From: an uncultured Gammaproteobacteria bacterium
GTDB taxonomy: Bacteria > Pseudomonadota > Gammaproteobacteria > UBA9214
Direction: 5' to 3'
Length of the DNA: 64,000 bases
Assembly (NCBI GenBank): GCA_963748215.1
Contig: CAVVHS010000007.1
Location: forward strand, 1-64,000
Of this stretch, positions 20,869 through 29,505 are shown piece by piece (the first letter of the stretch is position 1; the number at the start of each line of letters is the position of its first letter). The position numbers were made by a program, and so were the translations under genes. The notes under the pieces were generated by a model. It was not told where the DNA came from and made no database searches. It worked only from the letters and a program-made list of their open reading frames with translations.

Positions 20869-22193
20869 CCTCGATCCAGAGCCGACTGATGCTGTGGCTG
20901 CTGGCCAGCGTGGTGCTGCTGTTCGGTCTGCACTGGCTGGTCACCAGCCGCTTCGCCGCCAATTTCACCGAGGACTATATCGCCACGCGGCTCGAACACG
21001 ATGCCGAGGGGCTGGTTTCCGGGATCAGCTTCGATGCGGCGGGCATCCCCGACCTGAACCCCGACTACGTCGCACCGATCTACCTGCGTTCCGGCTCGGG
21101 TCATTATTTCCAGGTGAAGTCGAACGGGTACAGCCTGAAATCGGGTTCGCTCGGCAGCACGGATTTCGGTTTCCCGATCGAGGACCAGCCGCAAAAGACC
21201 CTGCTACGCATCAAGGGGCCGGATAACCAGCCACTGCTGGTCTGGGTTGTGCACTATGAACGGGACGGGCACCCGTTCAGCCTGGTGATAGCGGAAGAGC
21301 TGACGGCCCTGAACACGCACATCAACCGCTTCCGCCTGCGCTTCGGCCTCGTGGCGCTGGTGCTGGTGGCGTTGTTGATCTATGTGCAACGCACTATCGT
21401 GCGTCACAGTCTGAAGCCGCTGGACGCCGTGCGCGACGCCACCCGGCAGCTCGAGACCGGCGTCATCGAGCGGCTGCCGGAGGATGTGCCGGCCGAGGTC
21501 AGGCCGCTGGTAAGCGAAGTGAACCGCCTCGTCGAATTGATGCGGCAGCGCCTGGTGCGCTCGCGAAATGCCATGGGCAACCTGGCGCATTCCCTGAAGA
21601 CCCCGCTGGCGGTGCTCCACCAGTACCTGGAGCAGAATGCCGGCCGGCTGGACGGCGAGAGCCTGAAGCAGACGCGCGCCTCGCTGTCCCTGATCCAGTC
21701 GATTATCGACCGCGAGCTGAAGCGTGCGCGCCTGGCCGGTCCGGCATCCGGTGGCCGGCTCTGTCACCTGAACCGGGAGCTGCCCGATATCGTCGGCCTG
21801 CTGCAGAAGGTCCATGCCGACAAGCAGCTGCAGTTCGAACTGCAGCTGGGCCGGGACCCGATACGCTTCGGCGACCGCGAGGATATGCTCGAACTGCTGG
21901 GCAACCTGCTGGAGAACGCCGCGAAGTGGGGTCGGCGCCGGGTCAGGGTCACGGCGAAATACGATGCCGGGCTGGTGTTGTCGGTCGCGGATGATGGACC
22001 GGGCATCGAGGAGTCCATGCAGCAGGCGCTGCTGCAACGCGGCGTGCGACTGGATGAGTCGACCAGTGGCCACGGGCTCGGTCTGTCGATCATCAAGGAC
22101 ATCGTCGACCAGTATGGCGGCACGCTGGAACTGGGCCGTTCCACGTCGCTCGGCGGTCTCGAGGTGAAGGTGTTTCTGCCTGTCACGGCCTGA
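20865..22193 (+). CDS. Sensor histidine kinase (PhoQ/CarS-like)
   Basis: Two TMs; LAHSLKTPL H-box; GNLLENAAKW, DDGPG, GHGLGL. Confidence 0.95.
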   Translation: MTSIQSRLMLWLLASVVLLFGLHWLVTSRFAANFTEDYIATRLEHDAEGLVSGISFDAAGIPDLNPDYVAPIYLRSGSGHYFQVKSNGYSLKSGSLGSTDFGFPIEDQPQKTLLRIKGPDNQPLLVWVVHYERDGHPFSLVIAEELTALNTHINRFRLRFGLVALVLVALLIYVQRTIVRHSLKPLDAVRDATRQLETGVIERLPEDVPAEVRPLVSEVNRLVELMRQRLVRSRNAMGNLAHSLKTPLAVLHQYLEQNAGRLDGESLKQTRASLSLIQSIIDRELKRARLAGPASGGRLCHLNRELPDIVGLLQKVHADKQLQFELQLGRDPIRFGDREDMLELLGNLLENAAKWGRRRVRVTAKYDAGLVLSVADDGPGIEESMQQALLQRGVRLDESTSGHGLGLSIIKDIVDQYGGTLELGRSTSLGGLEVKVFLPVTA

Positions 22194-22331
22194 GATGTTC
22201 CAGGCCAGCCGGGCCGGCGCCTGTCGCCGGCCTGCGACAAAAAGTCGCGGTTGATGCCCCGGATATTCAGCCTGGATTCAGCTTGCCCCCCTACAGTGAA
22301 CACCATGATCAAACACTCATGGAGGTCAATC

Positions 22332-22415
22332 ATGATATTCGATATGGCAACACTGGCGGGTATGGTTTCAAGCCTGGTTATGCTGGTTCTGCTGGCTTTC
22401 GTCAGCGCCCGGTAA
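22332..22415 (+). CDS. Putative 27-aa membrane peptide
   Basis: ggagg RBS then MIFDMATLAGMVSSLVMLVLLAFVSAR*; below the ORF-track cutoff. Confidence 0.55.
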   Translation: MIFDMATLAGMVSSLVMLVLLAFVSAR

Positions 22416-22498
22416 CCCGTGACAGGTAATCAGCGTGCCGACGGGTTGCTTGCACTGCTCGCAACCCGATGGCAACCGCAACCAGCAGGAGAGTGATG

Positions 22499-22960
22499 AT
22501 GAGACGTTCAATACTTGTATACATGACAGCTGCCGTGCTGAGTACGATCAGCACCGTTCTCGTGTTAGCCGCCGATCCGGAAATACCTGCGCGGGGCCCG
22601 ATGCCGTTCGACGGCATGGATGCCGATCACAACGGCTTCGTCAGCCAGGAGGAATACCGGCACGCCCACGAGGAGCGCCTGCAACAGCGCGGCGAGGAGC
22701 AGAGCCGCTACCAGTACCGCAACCTGGATGAGGCGCCGAAATACGCGGACATCGATTCCGACCATGATGGCCGGGTCAGCCGCGAGGAATTCCAGGCCCA
22801 CCAGCAACAGCGCAGTCAGGAGCGCCACGAGAAACGCGAGGAACGTCAGCACGAACGCACGGAGCGATACCAGGAGCGCATGGAGCATCCGGCTGGCGGC
22901 ATGATGAGTCCGGGTAGCGGCATGGGCCCGGGCGGTGGCATGGGTGGTGGAAAACACTGA
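22499..22960 (+). CDS. Exported EF-hand protein
   Basis: Signal peptide; DADHNGFVSQEE and DSDHDGRVSREE loops; Gly/Met-rich tail. Confidence 0.88.
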   Translation: MRRSILVYMTAAVLSTISTVLVLAADPEIPARGPMPFDGMDADHNGFVSQEEYRHAHEERLQQRGEEQSRYQYRNLDEAPKYADIDSDHDGRVSREEFQAHQQQRSQERHEKREERQHERTERYQERMEHPAGGMMSPGSGMGPGGGMGGGKH

Positions 22961-22984
22961 TACCCTGCGCCAGCGCACATGCGG

Positions 22985-23016
22985 AAAAAAGCCGGGTTCT
23001 TCCCGGCTTTTTTTTG
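22985..23016. terminator. Rho-independent terminator
   Basis: aaaaaagccggg-ttctt-cccggctttttttt. Confidence 0.85.
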
Positions 23017-23153
23017 AAGACTGCCGGTTGATAGGCGTCAATAAAAGGCAGGTAATGCTTTAACAAAATGCCACAACTTACTGTTGCATATATGTGTACC
23101 GCATAGTAGTTTAGTAAACGATTAAATACTGATATTCAAGCCGGGAGGCGATC

Positions 23154-23312
23154 ATGTCATTTGATGCATTGACTGTGGCGGGTATGTTTCTGCTGGCGAT
23201 GTTCCTAGTAGTATTGCTGTACCTCTGTAACCGGGAAGGCATGACCTGCAACGACCGTTCCCGGCATACGGACGAAGGTGAGAGGGCGCTCGCCAGGCGC
23301 AAGCGTTCCTGA
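23154..23312 (+). CDS. Putative 52-aa single-TM peptide leading the RND operon
   Basis: gggagg RBS then MSFDALTVAGMFLLAMFLVVLLYLCNREGMTCNDRSRHTDEGERALARRKRS*. Confidence 0.6.
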   Translation: MSFDALTVAGMFLLAMFLVVLLYLCNREGMTCNDRSRHTDEGERALARRKRS

Positions 23313-23351
23313 CGGCGCCACCGGCTCGCGTTCCATTCCAGGGAGTTCGAT

Positions 23352-24407
23352 ATGAGCAGAAGCATTCAGTGGACGATCAGGATGATAGCGCTGGCGTGGT
23401 GCTCTCCGCTGCTCGCCGGCGCGGCCGGACTCGAGACGGCGGGCGTCGAATACGTCACCGTCCCGGACGAAATCCGGCTGGATGGCCGGGTCGAGGCGGT
23501 CAACCAGGCCACGGTCGCAGCGCAGACCTCCGGGCGCGTCACCGAAATCAATTTCGACATCGATGACTTCGTGCCCAAGGGCGAGATCCTCGTACGCCTG
23601 CACGACACCGAGCTGCAGGCGCGCCTGACCAAAGCCAAAAGCGGTCTGCAGGAAGTGCAGGCCCGTTTCGACAAGGCCGCCGACGACCAGCGCCGCAAGC
23701 AGACCCTGTACAGGGAACAGGCCGTCAGCAAGTCCGTGCTCGACGCCGCGACCGCCGAGTTCAAGGCTGCACAGGCCTCACTGAATGCGGCGCGTGCGCA
23801 ACTGACCGAAGCCGGCGAACAGCTCGAGCATACGCTGATCCGCGCACCCTATAGCGGCATCGTGGTCGAACGCCACATCGAGCCCGGCGAGCTGGTCCAG
23901 CCCGGCACGCTGCTGATGACGGGGCTGTCGCTGGATTCGCTGCGCGTAACGACGCAGGTGCCGGAAAGCCTGATCGCGACCCTGCGCCGCTTCCAGGAAG
24001 CCAGCGTGATCCTGCCGGATTCGATCAACGGACGGGTCGCCGCGGAACAGCTCACCATCTCGCCGCGTGCCGATCCCGCAACGCACAGCTTCGAGGTGCG
24101 CCTGCAGCTGCCGGTACTGGACAAGCCACTCTACCCGGGCATGTCGGTCAAGGTGGCGGTGACCAGCAACGAGGCGGAACGGTTGCTGGCACCCGAGTCG
24201 GCGCTGGTCTATCGCAGCGAGGTGGCCGGTGTTTATGTGGTCGATGACCAGGGGATCCATTTCCGCCAGGTACGGCCGGGCCGCCGCTACGGCGTTGGAG
24301 GCCGTGAGATCCTGGCCGGACTGACGGCCGGCGAGCGGGTCGCGCTCGACCCGGTGCGCGCGGCGATCCTGCTGAAGGGTTCAGAGACTGTACCGACCCA
24401 TGAGTGA
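23352..24407 (+). CDS. RND efflux periplasmic adaptor (MFP)
   Basis: VAAQTSGRV, IRAPYSGIV lipoyl half-motifs, coiled-coil hairpin, YPGM. Confidence 0.93.
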   Translation: MSRSIQWTIRMIALAWCSPLLAGAAGLETAGVEYVTVPDEIRLDGRVEAVNQATVAAQTSGRVTEINFDIDDFVPKGEILVRLHDTELQARLTKAKSGLQEVQARFDKAADDQRRKQTLYREQAVSKSVLDAATAEFKAAQASLNAARAQLTEAGEQLEHTLIRAPYSGIVVERHIEPGELVQPGTLLMTGLSLDSLRVTTQVPESLIATLRRFQEASVILPDSINGRVAAEQLTISPRADPATHSFEVRLQLPVLDKPLYPGMSVKVAVTSNEAERLLAPESALVYRSEVAGVYVVDDQGIHFRQVRPGRRYGVGGREILAGLTAGERVALDPVRAAILLKGSETVPTHE

Positions 24408-27400
24408 CCGCCTGGGTCTCTCGGGCGGGCTGGCAAAGCGCTTCCTGCACAGCGAGATCACGCCACTGCTGGCGCTGGTCGGCCTGCTGCTGGGTGCTTT
24501 CGCGCTGGTGATCACACCGCGCGAGGAAGAGCCGCAGATCAACGTCACCTTCGCGAATGTCTTCATTCCCTATGCCGGCGCCAGCGCGCGCGAGGTCGAG
24601 CACCTGGTGACCACGTCCGCCGAGCAGGTGCTGTCCGAAATCGAGGGCGTCAAGCATATCTACTCCGTATCGCGGCGCGGCATGGCGGCGCTGACCGTGG
24701 AATTCCAGGTCGGCGAGCCGCGCACCGATGCCATCGTGCGACTCTACAATGCCATCTATTCCAACCAGGACTGGCTGCCGCCCGACGCCGGGATCGGTCA
24801 GCCCATCGTCAAGCCCAAGGGCATCGACGACGTGCCGATCGTCACCCTGACACTGTGGACGGATGACCCGAAACGCGGCGGCTATGAACTCGCGCAGGTG
24901 GCGCATGCCCTGGAGACCGAGCTGAAGCGCGTGGCAGGCACCCGTGACGTGTATACCATCGGCGGGGTGCCGCGCGTGGTGCGCGTGCAACTCGATCCGG
25001 CACGGCTGGCAGCATACGGCATCGCGCTGGACGACCTGCGTGCGGCGCTCGGCAGCGCCAACAGTTCCGCCGATGCCGGCGTTCTGGTCAGGGACAACCG
25101 CGAGATACCGGTGCAGGCCGGCACCTTCCTGGTGGAACCGGACGAGGTCGGCGACCTGGTGGTCGGTGTCAGCAACGGCAAGCCGGTGTACCTGCGCGAT
25201 GTGGCCGACATCCGCTTCGGGGCCGACACGCCTGACCAGTACGTCTGGCTCGGGACCGGTGCGGCAGCCGATCCGCAGGCGTATGCGTCGCAGGGTGAAT
25301 ACCCGGCGGTCACGCTGGCGGTCGCGAAACAGCCGGGGACCAATGCCGTGCGTATCGCGGAGCAGGTGATCGAGCGCTTCGCGGCGCTGCAGGGCACCTT
25401 TGTGCCGGACGGTGTGCATGCGACCGTGACCCGCAACTACGGCGCCACCGCCGACCAGAAGGCGAAGACGCTGATCAAGAAACTGGTGTTCGCCACGGCC
25501 TCGGTTGTCGCGCTGGTGCTGTTCGCGCTGGGCTGGCGCGAGGCGGTCGTGGTCGGCACGGCGGTGGTGGTGACGCTGGCGATCACGCTGTTCGCGTCCT
25601 GGGCATGGGGCTTCACCCTCAACCGCGTGTCGCTGTTCGCGCTGATCTTCTCCATCGGCATCCTGGTCGACGACGCCATCGTGATAGTGGAAAACATCCA
25701 CCGGCACATGCAGCTCGGCGGCAAGGACTTCATCGAGTCGATCCCGCTGGCGGTCGACGAGGTGGGCGGTCCGACCATCCTCGCCACGCTGACCGTGATC
25801 GCCGCGCTGTTGCCGATGGCCTTCGTCAGCGGGCTGATGGGGCCGTACATGAGCCCGATCCCGATCAACGCCAGCCTCGGCATGCTCATTTCGCTGCTGG
25901 TGGCGCTGATCATCACCCCGTGGCTGGCCGCGAAGCTGCTGCGCAACACGGCGCATCATGCGGAGACCGAAGGCGGGCGCCTGCAGCGCGTGCTGGAAAC
26001 CGCCATGCAGCCGTTCCTGCGCGGGCGGGCGGGGCGCCCGGCGCGCTGGCTGCTGGCGGGCGGCCTGGTGGTGCTGATCGTGGCCTCGATGAGCCTGGCC
26101 GCGGCCCGACTGGTGGTGCTGAAGATGCTGCCGTTCGACAACAAGTCGGAGCTGCAGGTCGTGGTCGACATGCCGGAAGGCACCGGCCTGGAGCAGACCA
26201 CGCGCCTGCTGGGTGACATGGGGCGCTACATCGCGACCGTGCCCGAGGTCACCGATTACCAGGTCTATGCCGGTACCGCCGGACCGATCAGCTTCAACGG
26301 GCTGGTGCGCCAGTACGACCTGCGGCGTGCCGCGAACCTGGGCGACATCCAGGTAAACCTGGTCGACAAGCATCACCGCGAGCGCAAGAGTCACGATATC
26401 GCGCGCGCCATCCGCGCGCCGTTGCAGGAACTGGCGCGACCCTATGACGCCAGCGTCAAGATCGTCGAGGTGCCGCCGGGGCCACCGGTGCAGGCGCCGC
26501 TGGTGGCGGAGATTTACGGCCTGGATCATGCCGGGCAGCTGGAGGTCGCACGCCAGGTGCGCGCGGTGTTCGAGTCAACGCCCGATATCGTGGACGTCGA
26601 TGACAGCGTCGAGGCGGATGCGCCGCAATGGATCGTGCAGGTCGACCGGGCCCGGGCCGCGCTGCACGGTATCAGCCAGCAGGCGATCACGGCGGCGCTG
26701 GCCACCGCTATCGGCGGCAGCGATGTCAGCTACCTGCACCGCGAGGATGCGAAGTACGCCATTCCCCTGCGCCTGCAGCTGCCGGCCAGCGAGCGTGCCG
26801 GGCCCGAGCCGGCGCTGACGCTGCGGCTGCGTGCGGCGGACGGTGCGCTGGTGCCCTTGTCCGAGCTGGTCAGCATCGAGCGCGCCACGCGCGAGCAGGC
26901 CATCTACCACAAGGACCTGCTGCCGGTCGTGTATGTCACCGGTGACATGGCGGGGCCGCTGGACAGTCCGCTGTACGGTATGCGACGTATCTCCAAGGAG
27001 CTTTCGGACAAGGGGGTTGCGGCCGCGCCCGAGCTCGGCCAGTTCCTGGTCAATCCGCCGGACAATCCCTACCGCTATTCGCTCAAGTGGGACGGTGAAT
27101 GGCAGACCACCTTCGAGACCTTCCGCGACATGGGCATCGCCTACACGGTCGGCCTGGTGCTGATCTACCTGCTGGTGGTCGTGCAGTTCCGCTCCTACCT
27201 GGTGCCGCTCATCATCATGATCCCGATCCCGCTGACGGTGATCGGCGTCATGCCCGGTCACGCCCTGCTGGGCGCGCAGTTCACCGCCACCTCCATGATC
27301 GGCATGATCGCGCTGGCCGGCATCATCGTGCGCAACTCGATCCTGCTGGTGGATTTCATCAACGATGAACTGCGGGCCGGCACACCGTTCGACCGGGCGG

Positions 27401-27636
27401 TGATCCGTGCCGGTGTGGCGCGCACCAAGCCCATCGTGCTGACCGCGCTGGCCGCCATCCTGGGCGGATTTTTCATCCTCGATGACCCGATCTTCAACGG
27501 CCTGGCGATTGCGCTCATCTTCGGTCTGCTGGTGTCGACGCTGCTCACGCTGGTGGTGATACCGGTCATGTACTATGCGTTCATGTACCGGCGTCTCGGG
27601 CAAACACCAGAGGGCGCGGCAGGGGCTTCGGCATGA
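24400..27636 (+). CDS. RND efflux transporter permease (AcrB/CzcA superfamily)
   Basis: 1078 aa; PREEEPQI, GILVDDAIVIVEN, GIIVRNSILLVDF, RTKPIVLT. Confidence 0.95.
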   Translation: MSDRLGLSGGLAKRFLHSEITPLLALVGLLLGAFALVITPREEEPQINVTFANVFIPYAGASAREVEHLVTTSAEQVLSEIEGVKHIYSVSRRGMAALTVEFQVGEPRTDAIVRLYNAIYSNQDWLPPDAGIGQPIVKPKGIDDVPIVTLTLWTDDPKRGGYELAQVAHALETELKRVAGTRDVYTIGGVPRVVRVQLDPARLAAYGIALDDLRAALGSANSSADAGVLVRDNREIPVQAGTFLVEPDEVGDLVVGVSNGKPVYLRDVADIRFGADTPDQYVWLGTGAAADPQAYASQGEYPAVTLAVAKQPGTNAVRIAEQVIERFAALQGTFVPDGVHATVTRNYGATADQKAKTLIKKLVFATASVVALVLFALGWREAVVVGTAVVVTLAITLFASWAWGFTLNRVSLFALIFSIGILVDDAIVIVENIHRHMQLGGKDFIESIPLAVDEVGGPTILATLTVIAALLPMAFVSGLMGPYMSPIPINASLGMLISLLVALIITPWLAAKLLRNTAHHAETEGGRLQRVLETAMQPFLRGRAGRPARWLLAGGLVVLIVASMSLAAARLVVLKMLPFDNKSELQVVVDMPEGTGLEQTTRLLGDMGRYIATVPEVTDYQVYAGTAGPISFNGLVRQYDLRRAANLGDIQVNLVDKHHRERKSHDIARAIRAPLQELARPYDASVKIVEVPPGPPVQAPLVAEIYGLDHAGQLEVARQVRAVFESTPDIVDVDDSVEADAPQWIVQVDRARAALHGISQQAITAALATAIGGSDVSYLHREDAKYAIPLRLQLPASERAGPEPALTLRLRAADGALVPLSELVSIERATREQAIYHKDLLPVVYVTGDMAGPLDSPLYGMRRISKELSDKGVAAAPELGQFLVNPPDNPYRYSLKWDGEWQTTFETFRDMGIAYTVGLVLIYLLVVVQFRSYLVPLIIMIPIPLTVIGVMPGHALLGAQFTATSMIGMIALAGIIVRNSILLVDFINDELRAGTPFDRAVIRAGVARTKPIVLTALAAILGGFFILDDPIFNGLAIALIFGLLVSTLLTLVVIPVMYYAFMYRRLGQTPEGAAGASA

Positions 27637-29012
27637 TGCCTGGTGTTGCGATGCCATTCCCTGCGCGCGCCCTGCTGGGCGCGGGCCTGCTGCTGCTTGC
27701 CGGCTGCGCGACAACACCGGCCCCGGATCTGGCCACCGTCACAACGCAACCGCCTGTGCAGTGGTCGTCGTCTGCCGGGTCCGGGCGAGTGCAGGGCGGC
27801 TGGCTGGCGGAATTCGACGATGCGGAACTGCTGCGCCTGGTCGACGAGGCCGTTGCTGAAAACCACGACCTGCGCATCGCCGCCGCACGGCTCGACGAGG
27901 CGCAGGCCGCGGCGCGCAAGGCATCTGCGGCGAAGGTACCGATGGTGGGCGTGGATGCCGGTGCCCAGCGTGCCGGTGATTTCGAATCGACTGCGCAGTC
28001 CGATGCCGGTGTGTCGCTGGCGATTGCCTGGGAGCTGGACGTGTGGGGGCGCATTCGTGCCGGGGCGGAGGCCGGTACCGCCCGTGCCGCGGCTGCGGTC
28101 GGGGACTATGCCTGGGCGCGCCTGTCGCTGGCCGCACAGACCGCGCGCGCCTGGCTGCAGGTGATCGAGGCACAGCGCCAGCAGGCGCTGGCGCAGACGT
28201 CGCTGGACAATCTCACCGAGATGCAGCGTATCGTCCGCGTGCGGCAGCGTGAAGGGCTGGCCTCCGGTCTCGACACGCACCTGATCCAGACCGACCTGGG
28301 TGTGGCCGGGTCACGGTTGCAGGAGACTGTCAACGCGCGGCTCGACGCGGTGCGCAGTCTCGAGTTGCTGCTGGGGCGTTATCCCGCGGCGGCGCTGGCC
28401 GTGCGCGACACGCTGCCGGCGCTGCCGGCGGTCGCGCCGGCCGGACTGCCGGCGGAGCTGCTGGAACGGCGTCCCGACCTGCGTGCGGCCGAGGCGCAGG
28501 TGGCTGCGGCGTTTTCCACGGCGCAGGAAGCGCGTGCCGCGCGCCTGCCACGCATCAGCCTGACCGGCGCGGCCGGCTCCGCCAGCAGTGCGCTGCAGGC
28601 GCTGCTCCTGCCGCTGGATTCGTTCTGGTATATCGGCCTCAATCTGTTCCAGCCGCTGATCGACGGCGGACGCCTGAAGGCCGACGTGGAAATCGCCGAT
28701 GCGCGCCAGCGTGTTGCCGTCGAACAATATGCCGGGAAGGTGCTGAATGCCTTCAACGAGGTCGAGCACAGCCTGAGCACCGAGGCCAGCCTGCGCGCGC
28801 GCAGCCGCAGCCTGCGCGACGCCGCCGGGCAGGCGGCCGCTGCGCATCGCCTGGCGAAACTGCGCTACCAGGAAGGCGAGTCCGACCTGCTCGATGTGCT
28901 GCAGCTGCACCAGCGCGTGCTGGAGATCGAGCAGTCGCTATACCGTGTCGAGCTGCTGGCACTCAGCGAACGCATCAACCTGCACCTCGCGCTGGGCGGT
29001 GATTTTCAGTAG
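27633..29012 (+). CDS. Outer-membrane efflux lipoprotein (NodT/OprM family)
   Basis: Lipobox LAGC; WELDVWGR, LPAELLERRPD, ALGG end. Confidence 0.93.
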   Translation: MMPGVAMPFPARALLGAGLLLLAGCATTPAPDLATVTTQPPVQWSSSAGSGRVQGGWLAEFDDAELLRLVDEAVAENHDLRIAAARLDEAQAAARKASAAKVPMVGVDAGAQRAGDFESTAQSDAGVSLAIAWELDVWGRIRAGAEAGTARAAAAVGDYAWARLSLAAQTARAWLQVIEAQRQQALAQTSLDNLTEMQRIVRVRQREGLASGLDTHLIQTDLGVAGSRLQETVNARLDAVRSLELLLGRYPAAALAVRDTLPALPAVAPAGLPAELLERRPDLRAAEAQVAAAFSTAQEARAARLPRISLTGAAGSASSALQALLLPLDSFWYIGLNLFQPLIDGGRLKADVEIADARQRVAVEQYAGKVLNAFNEVEHSLSTEASLRARSRSLRDAAGQAAAAHRLAKLRYQEGESDLLDVLQLHQRVLEIEQSLYRVELLALSERINLHLALGGDFQ

Positions 29013-29060
29013 GGCGCGTTTCACGCACCGTGGTTGGCGCGCGCAACGCACCCTTTCTGC

Positions 29061-29367
29061 GTTTGCATATGGCCACGGAATCACACGGAAAAACACGGAA
29101 TGAAAATGAACGATGTCCGTATGGTCCCGCGGCCAGTGAGATAAGGATCTGACAGGTCAAATGTAGGGTGCGTTTTACGCACCGGGGACGGTGCACGGAG
29201 TGCACCCTACTGCCGGTGTTTGCAAATAGCAACGGAATCACACGGAAAAACACGGAATGAAAATGAACGATGTCCGTATGGTCCCGCGGCCAGTGAGATA
29301 AGGATCTGACAGGTCAAATGTAGGGTGCGTTTTACGCACCGGCCACGGTGCACGGAGTGCACCCTAC
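29061..29367. repeat. Tandem duplication (157-bp period) of a CACGGAA repeat + GTAG-REP doublet
   Basis: 29061-29210 and 29218-29367 are near-identical; each ends gtagggtgcgttttacgcacc...ggtgcacggagtgcaccctac. Confidence 0.9.
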
Positions 29368-29381
29368 AACGTCTATCGGGG

Positions 29382-29472
29382 GTAGGAGCGCATCTCATGC
29401 GCGATGCGGTATTTTTGAAAAGATCGCGGATGGGATCCGCTCCTACAAGAGCATCTATTGGTTGTAGGAGCG
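29382..29472. repeat. GTAG-type REP doublet
   Basis: gtaggagcgcatctcatgcgcgat...atcgcggatgggatccgctcctac; second copy at 56852-56941. Confidence 0.85.
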
Positions 29473-29505
29473 CCAGAAAAAAGGGCTCAGATCCCTTTTA
29501 CATCC

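Noticed and set aside
29061-29367. Possible CRISPR or ncRNA array
   Set aside because: Only two units with identical intervening sequence; explained by REP duplication.
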